The position numbers were made by a program, and so were the translations under genes. Below are positions 53,801 to 64,000 of a stretch of DNA of 64,000 nucleotides, in pieces; the first letter of the stretch is position 1; each line of letters starts with the position of its first letter. The notes beneath the pieces were generated by a model. It was not told where the DNA came from. It searched no databases and saw only the letters and a program-made list of their open reading frames with translations. The stretch comes from Epiperipatus broadwayi. Its lineage: Eukaryota > Animalia > Onychophora. The stretch is from assembly GCA_028023455.1 (NCBI GenBank), contig JAQFVV010000004.1, positions 15,252,001 to 15,316,000 of the forward strand. The letters are read 5' to 3'.

Positions 53801-56800
53801 ATAACAAAATTTTCATTATATTTTTTTAATCACAGTTTGTTTTTTTATGCTACAAGATTATGGAGGGATATTTGAATTGGGAAACATTATTGTTAAAAGT
53901 TTTTCCTTACATATTTAAAGATCAGTCCATTCACCACATCAATAAAGTTTTTCCTTGCATATTTAAAGACCAGTCCATTTACCACATCGAGACAAATATG
54001 CATCCTATCTTGTAGTGAAGAAAATAATTATTTTTACGATAATTTAAAAATAAACATCAGCTACTTATTTGAAATTAATAAAATATAATTTTCCAATTAT
54101 CAGCTATTTACCATTACTTTCTATTGAAGAAATCCAGTGATTTATTGTTGAAGTTATTAGACAATATTCCATAAGTCAATTTTTGTCCATTTTTCCACTA
54201 ACAGTTGAGAGTAATAAATGAGATTTTTTGAAATAAAGAATTAATTAATAACGGTTTCTGTTTTATTTATTGTTATCCATATTTCTCCTAGAATGATGAG
54301 AAGTCATTTGCCTAGCAAAGGGAACTGTCTAGTTATTTAGTCTAGGTGACTATTATGTAGATGACAAACAAAATGGCTAATTAAAAATTTAAACATATTT
54401 AGGTCCGAATGCAATGAGAATTTGTAAATACTATCGGATTTTTCAAACTTCAGCTTTTATACTAGTTATCATATGATGTTTGGATTACAAAATATTTTCC
54501 ATTATCCATTGGTATTTCTTCATTTGTCCATGGAATATTGGAAGAAGTTGTCATGGTTTTTGAATCAAGGCAGTAAAACTTTAGAAACATCATTCAAAAA
54601 TGAATGAAATAAAAAAAAGAAAATAATAATTTCAGTCTTTTCCAATCACTTCATTTTTCATTTCTGGATTTTAAATTAATTTTACAAATATTTATTTAAA
54701 ATAAATAATCACAAAACTATAAAGTGCTTAGATATTTATTCAATTGACCTTTTAATGAATATCATTAAATAAATATTCTAGCAAACTAAATCAATCTTTG
54801 CTAAATAAAAAATTTAAACACAAGTTTCCAAACACCACACACACACACACACAAAATATAAAATGTAAGAACTGTTTGTTCTATTCTTTATTAAAAATAT
54901 AATATAAAATATCCTTGCTTTACCTTAAAATATTAGTGTTGGATTTATAATTCTATTCTATAATTCTAGTTTTGAATTATTTGTTTTAAGTGCGTGAGCA
55001 CTTTTTTCGATTCATACAATTTGGTAACTTTATTCCTTACTAAGAATAACAACAAAACGTGAGCATAGATATTTTCTTTATAGAAATATAGACATTGATC
55101 AAAGAAATCTGCTTGGATAAATGCTTTATAAAATTATATATTTTCATAAACATCAGTATGAAAGACTACTGAACAGATGATTATATTCTATACTGCACAA
55201 CCACTGACAGTGATGAATATATTTGCTTAACTATTAAAAATTAAAGCCAATAAAATTTTTAGTATTAAATTTATAATAACCAATTTACAGTACTACTTTA
55301 AGGTTCCAATATATATATATAATAACATTTCTATTTTGCTACATGATTTTATAAATGTTTAAAACAATCAATTTTATAAAAATAAATTCAATTTTTTATA
55401 ACAGTTTTTATAATCTAATATTTTTTCTATTTCAAATTGCTTAAAATATAATGTTTATTTGTCTGTAAAGCTAAGTTAAATTATTTTTAAAGCAATACTA
55501 TTTAAACTTACTAATAAAATTAGAGTATAGAGTAATATTTATAGTTTAAACACTAATAAATAATTATTAAAGTTAGGCAATACAGTGCTAAAATAATAAT
55601 TTTAATAATAAAAATTAATATTATATAAGTATTAGCAGTTCATTTAAAATAATTATTATTTAATTATTTTAAAATTATATTGAATAGTGATGTAATAAGT
55701 TAGGTATGCAATGTGTGTGACTCTGTGTGCACACATATTCTTGCTCAAATAATTAACTTTACTTCCCTGTTGCTACAAGTGATTTATTTGTATCGATTTT
55801 AGTTTATAACTTATTTTTGTATCAATTTATTTTTAAACGTGTATCAAAATTAATATTGTAATTCCATAAACAATAGTTTAATATTTCCAAAATTAAGTTT
55901 ATTAAAAGTGTATTTTAAAAACACTATCTAAATAGAACTTTAAATATATTATTTTATAATATTTATTAAATAATTTTAAAAAAAAAAAAAAGCCAGACAA
56001 AAGTTAATTTATATGTACATTTTTTTTGTTGTCTGAGATTTAACGACCAGTCAGATAAGGGTCAATTAATGCTATAAATAAATGTAATCAATAATAAAAG
56101 TTTTCTTTTGCTGAAAAGTGTAAGATTTTTGAAATTCAATAAAGGTGATTATTGAGAAAATAGGTAATTGTTTTATTAAATTTTTCTTTTTAATCAATCA
56201 AGTAAATTTTAAGTTATATTTTTTTTAAATATTATTTGATTTAGTAACAATGTTAAAGGTGATTTATGAAAATATGAATAACATGTTAAGAAGTTTATTT
56301 GAATTGTTTTAATATGGAGTAAAACAAACCATATTTCTTATCAGTACAAAACAAAAGCCAACTAGAAAGAATGATGATGAATGGTGAAAATCTGTGTTAT
56401 CTAACTGAAATGCCGATTGTCAGGAGACTATACCAGAGAAAGTGTTGTCTAGACCAGAGAGCAATGTGAAACATTCGTAAGGAATGTCTTTTTAATTATA
56501 TTTGAATGTTTGACATGAATTTAATTTTAATAATTAACCATACAGGGCAAAGACTTTCATGTGATAAAGATATTATTTTTCGCCCTTGGATATTTATTAA
56601 AAACTTTTTCAGAAATTTTATTCAATTTGAGAAGAAAAAATGAATGCTGATTCATTATTAAGTAAAAATGAATTTAGTATCTACTAGTTAGTTATATGTC
56701 ATTCATGAATATTTTTAATATAAGAAAATATCTACTGAGCTAAAGGAGTATTGGATGATTGGATAATAGTTTTCAAATAGTTTATAAGAGATGAAAAGAA

Positions 56801-57063
56801 TAAATGGATTTATGATTAGGAAGAGCTCTATAAATGAAGTTGACTCTAAGTATTGTTTCAAATGAATATTGACCTGTAGCAAAATATTTTAAATATGTTA
56901 TGAGATTTAGGAAAATATATTATTGCCATTTACTGGAGCGTAAATGCATATACTTGATAAAAGAATTTTAAAATTGGAAGAACTCACCAGTGATCTATAT
57001 TTAAAATTATTAAGAATGCTTCTATATGGAAAAGTTGGAGAATTTATTTTGGTGCTTGTATTA

Positions 57064-58288
57064 TAGATAAAGATGCCGTAGGATGGCGTCATTTTCACAC
57101 TAAAACTATAAAATATGAACATTCACGGGCTTTTGATTTTAATAATTTTTCTGTGCTTTTTTGTAATGTGAAAATAAAAACAAAACAAAATCGTCTTTTT
57201 TAAATATTATTTTTTATTAATGTATACAATTTAAATGATAATAATAAACGTAAAATAAAATCAACAAATTACAATTTGATTCGTGTTTTTTATATCGTAT
57301 ACTTTTTAAATTGGGTTACGGCTTTTTTTTATTAATTTTCTATCGGATATTTTTTTACTTGTGTTACGGTTTTTTTTTATCAATTTTTTATCGGTTATTT
57401 TTTTACTTGTGTTACGGCTTTTTTTTTATCAATTTTCTATCGGTTATTTTTTTACTTGTGTTACGACTTTTTTTGTTGTTGTTTAACTAAAAAATTATTA
57501 TCGTAATAAAAGTAAAAGTTGTTACGGTTAGATTTAGGGTTAGTTTTAGGGTTAGGTTTAGGGTTAGTTTTAGGTTTAGGGTTAGGTTTAGAGTTAATGT
57601 TCTGTTTGTTTGTAATGCTAAAATAAAAAAATTAAAAATCGTAAGCGTACTCGGACAGAAGAAAGAAACTCAAACTTTTTTAAACAACAAACAAATGTCT
57701 TCTTTACTTATTAAACATGTTTATAATATTTGCCTTTTATTAAATTTACAAAAAAAAACCTGTACATTTGGACTTTTCTTACTGGATATGTTTCTCGAAC
57801 TGCTCTTTTTTACTTCAAAAATATACAGACGGTAGAATCTTTTTTGTCTCATGAATGTTACTAACTGTACGTTACTTGACACGTTATCTAATTGCAACTC
57901 AATAAAAACATAGATATTTAACATTTACCCAAATAAAAGTTCAATACAGTACATTGTAAAAAGTCTTATAATTATTGTTTTAAAACATCTGAACATTTCA
58001 GTAGTTTAAAATAAAAAAAAATCCAATGAAAACAACATTTCAATACAATTCAAATACAAATTCTCTCATCAAGCCGTAATTATTTTATAAATTGTGCGAA
58101 TTCGTAAAATGTAATTGTTACTTAGCGACATACATGCTGTACTGCGATGCGACATAGTGGCCTGCATTCTGTAGCACAACAAAAAAGTTGTATTGTAGAA
58201 AACGTGGATTCGAACATGTCGGCCATGGAAACAGCATTTTAATGTGTTTTGCCACAAAAACCGTGCCATAGAACGGCGTCTTTAGCTA
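57064..58288. mobile_element. Putative non-autonomous TIR DNA transposon with internal tandem and telomere-like repeats
   Basis: Imperfect TIRs tagataaagatgccgt...atggc and gccat...acggcgtctttagcta, each flanked by TA. CpG-rich relative to its flanks. Confidence 0.6.
57527..57596 (+). repeat. Interstitial degenerate telomere-like repeat (TTAGGG/TTAGG/TTTAGG)
   Basis: Read directly. Preceded by ~3.5 copies of a ~48-bp repeat at 57315-57470. Confidence 0.9.
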
Positions 58289-61200
58289 TAAGATGAGTAC
58301 CTTTATTTTAAAAAGAAATATTTCTACAATAAAATATTAAAAGTGGATTAAAGAAGAAACCTTTAAATGTGATAATTATTTTATTAAATATACCATGCTT
58401 ATTATTAATTTTTCATTGAATTTGCTTCATCAAGGATAAATGGAACAAACTTTTATTGTATAAGTACTTTTTATCCTGCATTGATGAATAATATTTCCTG
58501 TGATTTTTTTTCCTTTAATATTATTGCATTTATATTGCAAGGAATTGTGAGCACAGGGAGAGAGGGATGGAAAAAAATATCTTTAGTTAACTAAACATTG
58601 TCATAGTAACAAGTTTTTCCCCTGAAGTTCATCTTCAAGAAAATGGTGAAAACGACTTTTTATTATTTTATTTAGTTCTTTAGTTAAGGAATATATTTAA
58701 TAATTATATATGTTATTAGAATATAAAACGTAGTTAAGATTTATGTAATATGAAAATTGCATTTTTTATATATGGTATATAAAAAAAATGATATGGTATA
58801 TAAAAAAAATATTTTTTTTGTAATGGTAATAAATCTATAACTTTCAATGGAATTAAAACAATGTTAGAGGATCATTGTATTATTAACCATAGGAATATGA
58901 TTAAGATAAAATTTTATTAATGTATTTAGAATTCAATATTGGTATTTATTTTTGAGTGATAAAATAGGCAAACCGAATATTATATTTATTCTGTTTATTT
59001 ATGCTAGTATAATTTGTTTTAAAAGGATGAATATACATGTTATATGCTGGATCTGTTTAGATACTATATGCATAACTGATCTCTGAATTGCTATAAAGAA
59101 TTTAAATGAATGTACTTATTATAACTGAAATATCTAAATCATTTATTTGTGCTCCATTTAATCTTCTTACTATTTTGATGAATGCTATGTGTGAAGTTTA
59201 GAAATTATTTTTAAAGAAATGTTTAGAAATTTCTTTGCAATGATGTTAAGATATATGCTGAGTGTATATGATAGACAGTTAGTGATTTGGGAGAGTAGTA
59301 TTTTGAAAATCCCGTAGTGCAAGATATCTTTTGAATATGAAGTATAAGTTGAATATTAAGAATAATACAGTTAACAGAGGTCTGTATATTTTTATGTTTC
59401 ATGGTCAGTAGCATTTCTTTCCGTAAATCAGTAAGTGCCCAGAGAGAAGCCATGATAAGAATTTAAGGTAGACACAAGAATATGTGACCATAAGCTCTAC
59501 ATCTAAGTTTTCATTGTTTTTCCTAGTTGTAGTTTTTAATCCCTCACTTTTAATCACTACTGTCATCACTGGTTCCTACATTGTAATTAGTATTGTTAAA
59601 AATGTTTGAAGAATGATAGTTAGACTATCAAATGCTGTTTAAAATTTTTTGGAAGACAATAAGAGCAAAACATATAACAAATGATGTATAACTCGAGAGT
59701 TGTATAAAGTTTTATGGAATGATTTGATATTCCGAAACTATTTTAAGAGTTCATGAAAGTTATCGAGTGCATATTAAAGTTATATAAAAGGTATGAATGA
59801 AAGTGAAACCTGAATATGTTTAACATCATGAAAAATAAAGTGAATAAATGCCATATATTTATTATTTTATATTATTAAAATAATTATATGTTTATGTTGA
59901 TAGATAAAATAAACATAAGAACACCTAAGAGTTAGAGTTATTATAAAAATTATATATGATACAGTGTTAGACTGGAGAATTATTATGGAAGAATTTTTTT
60001 TTTTTTAATGCATAATAGAATAAATAAATTGTTAGATAATGAATGTGAATATTTCATAGAAATATTTAGAGAACCATTTCATTATCAGAGAACATTTATT
60101 TATGCATCTGCAATTATTTTTAAATATGTTGTAGGAATAGTGCTAAAATGCATTAATATTTATGAATTTAGAAAAAGGTATTATGAGTACCATAGAATAA
60201 TGTTTGATTTTATTTTATTTTTGATTCTATGAATGTGCTCAAATTATTTAAATGTATAATTTAAATAAACTGCTAAAATATCTCAATAAGTGTAAGTTTT
60301 TTAAGTAAGAGATATTATTATTACATGGTAGAAAATATTTCAAGTGGAAACTACTTATTATTAATATTATTTTTTATGTAAATATTTTTTGACTGTAATG
60401 ATTTTGAATTTTGAAAATTTTGTAAACATTATATCTGTAAATTTTGAAATATTTATACTTGTTCTGATAAATTATTAATGTTTGTTGTAAATTAATCTAA
60501 TGTCTTCAGTTTCTTTTCTTGTTGTGTCCAAGTCATTATGAATCATCCCAACCACACACATGTATTATAAGAATTAATTATATCTTGATATAATTGCACA
60601 TAATTTAAAGAAAATAAATAATAATATTATTGAAGATATTATTTATGAAATTTTAAGAAGTGCTTAATACAAATTGTTCATTATCTGATGTGACAATTAT
60701 AATGGTGTTTGATATTTATTAATATGCCACATAGAGTATATAATTGTAACTGTCATGCATAATTTAATAAATATTATTTGTAGTAGTTTATAATTTTAAT
60801 TTGATGTTCGCTGATTAGAAAATTAATTAAAGAAGTTTTTGAAAGAAGAGTTATTGGGAATTTTATTTTATTGATTTTTATTCATATGATATAGCTAGGT
60901 ATATGTAAAATGCCTCATTTATTCAATGTGTTAATTATTAAAATAATAGTAAGAATCTAAGATTAAGATTAGAGTTTTGGATTTTATTTAAGTAATTATA
61001 TATTAGTTTATTAAGTAACAGAGTGTAGAATATAGTTTAGTACTTTAATGTTAGTAATGTGAATTATAGTTTATTTTAGGTGAAGTGTGAATCATGGGAA
61101 TATTACTTATAATGTAGGAAAATAGGTAGTAGTGATATTCCTATGCCATTGAGGATATATCTTTTGTGGGTATATTCTTAATGTTAAACTTACTGTATAT

Positions 61201-61459
61201 CTTACTAGATGCTTTAATTATGAGTCTCATGGTTTGTTTTTAGTATTTAATTGTTAACTTAGTAGTATGAAAGATGTATTACCATAATTATGTATATGCA
61301 CATGAGCTAGTTATATGTTAAAGTTGTAAAGTTAGCAGGTCGACTTGTATAAAATAGTGACTTGATTCTGTGTACCAATAGTAAGGGTGTAATATATATA
61401 TATGATTGTAATATTAATATATAAGAAAGTGTGTGTGCCAGTAGAATAAAATGTGAAAA

Positions 61460-62890
61460 CACTAGCAAACTCTTCATACAGTACAGTGCAACCCATAGTA
61501 ATCAATGGATATTAGATAGTTTGTGCATAAAATTCCTATCTTGAATCTACTCAACTAATATCCCAGAATAATTTCTAGCTTGTGGCTTTCATCAGTGAGT
61601 AACCTTGGACCTAAGAGCCCTGCACCTAGATCTTTTGATTTAACGCAATCCCCAACAGCCAGCCACCCTTTAAAACATAATAATGTTTTCAATACAACCT
61701 AATTCATTTGTGTCATCATACAGAATCTAAATCCAGTTCAGTATCTATACATTTTGGTGCCTTTTATTTTTTTATTACCATAAATCACCATCATCCTACG
61801 GTCAGGATTGGTATTAAAGCACAAGCTGAAAACTAATCTAGAGGTATTGTATGCGTAGTCATTAAATAGGGATTTTATGCAGAAACCTTCAAGCATCCAT
61901 TGGTTATTATGGCTGGCACTAGGTAGCTCTATTATATGGATAGTTTGTTACTATTTTAACAGCTTGATTAAATATAGGAAATTGTGATCATGTGATGTTT
62001 TAGTGATTTACTACCAATTCTGTCTTTAGGATGATATGATTTATGGTTATTAAAAAACCAAAATGTATAGATTCTGAACTGGGTTCTGATTCTGTGTAAC
62101 TACACAAGTGAATTAGCTTGGATTGAAAACATTATTTTGTTTTCAATTTGGGTTCATTGATTTGTCATTAAATAAATACATAAAATGTGGTTGCTGGAGG
62201 ATCGCATTAGATATAAAACTCTAGGAGCAGTGCTCTCAGATCCAGGGCTTCTCACTAATGAAAGCCATAAGCTAGAAATTTGTCTGGGAATATTTGATGA
62301 GTAGACGCTAGATAGGGATTTTATGCACAAATCTTTTAGCATTCATTGATTACTATGGCTTGTACTGGGTGGCACTACTATATGGAGAATATGCTTTTGT
62401 TTTAAAGCTTGTGTAAGCATCATAGGAAATGGTGATCATGTGATGTTTTAGTGGTTTACTACCAATTCTGCCTGTAGGATTATGGTGATTTATGGTTATT
62501 AAAAACCAAGAACACCAAAATGTATAGTTTCTGAACTGACTTCTGATTCTTGTATGACTTTACAAGTGAATCAGCTTGGATTGAAAACATTATGTTTTCA
62601 TTTTGGCCTCATTGATTTGTAGTTAACTAAATAGGTAAAGGGTGGTTGCTGGAGATCAAGATGTCATGCTCCCAAATCCAGAGAACCTCACTAATGAAAG
62701 CCACAATCTAGAAATTTGATTGGGGATATTGGATGAGTAGGTCCTATAGAAATTTTGTGCACATACCTTCTAACATTCATTTGTTTCTATGGTTTGCACT
62801 GGATGGCATTATTATATGGAGAGTATACTACAATTTTAAAAGCTTGGGAAAACATAGGAAATGGTGATCGTGTGATTTTTAGTGCTTTAA
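61460..62890. mobile_element. Older family A cluster: inverted ~0.8 unit plus ~2.4 tandem forward units
   Basis: Minus-strand core CTGATGA-A-AGC-cacaa-GCT-A-GAAA-TTAT-TC (61566-61595). Forward cores CTAATGA at 62255 and 62691 (436-nt period), and a partial HHR at ~61817-61840. Confidence 0.85.
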
Positions 62891-64000
62891 AGTAAGAGAT
62901 TGCAAGGTTTTAAAATCATATTGTTATGATTTAGAATATCACATTTGAATTTTATATAATAAAGTTATTCTTTTTTTTTTTGGAAAAATCATTCCTTTTT
63001 TCATAGCATGGGAAAAAGAAAATATGATTGTGGACCCAAAAAAGTATGGAAAAGGCAGTACCAAAATAAACGGTACGGATTCACTTAATATTGCAGATAA
63101 TTTATGATACCGATACCAACATTTAAAAGACATTTTGATGAACAAAATGAAATCCGAAATGATTTTTTATATATGTAATTCCCCTAATTACCATTTTGGA
63201 AACACACTAATACAATTTGGGAGATAGACGTTCTAAATAGTACTGATTGTAGAGCTTTAAAAATATTTTTAAGCATATATTTTCTAAAGGATAAAAAAAA
63301 ATACTAATTATGCAAATAAAAAATACATAATTCATCTATTTACAGATGCAAATATTAATTATCTCTCAAAGACATCCCAATAAATAAATAAAAAATAATT
63401 TTCGTAAATGGGTATAATGTGGGTAACTTTCTCTCCATAAATAAAATATAATAGTAGTCTTTTTTTTTTAAGCTGCTAATATAGCTTTATTTAAAAAATG
63501 CCCTTAACGTAATATTGTTTTATCTATCTTAATCTTATGTGAATACTTTTTTCATTTTGTTAATAAAATTATTTAATAGGTATAATAGGAAAAAGAAAAA
63601 TCCATGACTTATTAGTTTGTCAGTCTCTCGAAGAATTGTTTTAATAAAAAGTTGTAAGAAGTGAAAGAAAATATATCATTATGAATAACATCTTTTCAAT
63701 CTAAAATTAATGTTTTAAAATAATTTTATAACAATTATTTCTGTTTATTGGAAGTGAGAAAATGTGGAAAAAATAATAGCTATTGGTATTAGATTTTGAT
63801 ATTTTGTTATCGAACACATCAATGTATCAATCAAGCAAGATTTTTTTTTATAATAAATGACATAAAATAAGAAACTTTAAATGTAAGAAATATTAAAATC
63901 ATTGCTATGAGTTTAAATATAAACTATATGTAGTAAGTCTCTGCAACATAATTTAAGAAATAGAAAGTCTAACTTAATACCTACTTGTATTCGTATTAAT

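Noticed and set aside
56344-57062. Possible exons (ag|56344-56476|gtaagg and ag|56911-)
   Set aside because: All three frames contain stops and there is no recognisable homology. Non-coding exons cannot be supported from sequence alone.
57527-57596. True telomere or chromosome fusion site
   Set aside because: The tract is short, degenerate and single-orientation, and lies inside a TIR-bounded element.
2352-63145. Remaining short AT-rich ORFs in the supplied track
   Set aside because: They are 60-135 aa, rich in I/L/F/K/N/Y, with no motifs or splice support, as expected by chance in very AT-rich DNA.

Overview
This is a very AT-rich, CpG-depleted metazoan (probably invertebrate) genomic window with no prokaryotic-style gene content. 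I can identify one host coding exon (6162-6334, + strand), from a KDELC/POGLUT2-3-type protein O-glucosyltransferase. The rest looks intronic or intergenic and is full of decayed mobile elements: RTE, L1/Tx1 and CR1-like LINEs, two nested Penelope-like elements (PLEs), pogo/Tigger and hAT DNA transposon remnants, and MITEs. The main unexplained structure is a non-coding ~440-460 nt repeat family (family A) carrying a type I hammerhead ribozyme (HHR). It occurs at seven loci, mostly as tandem and/or head-to-head palindromic insertions, and three of them have 12-13 bp target-site duplications (TSDs). Its HHR core is atypical (CUGAUGA-A-[GGC-CACAA-GCC]-A-GAAA-CUAG-UC), shows stem II covariation and has a palindromic stem III. 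Three other unrelated non-coding families share the palindrome + 12-14 bp TSD signature, two of them longer than one unit, but have no ribozyme I can recognise. There is also an orphan canonical HHR core at 45015 and a PLE whose terminal repeats contain back-to-back tRNA-like modules. All coordinates were counted by hand, TE boundaries are approximate, and no database search was possible.
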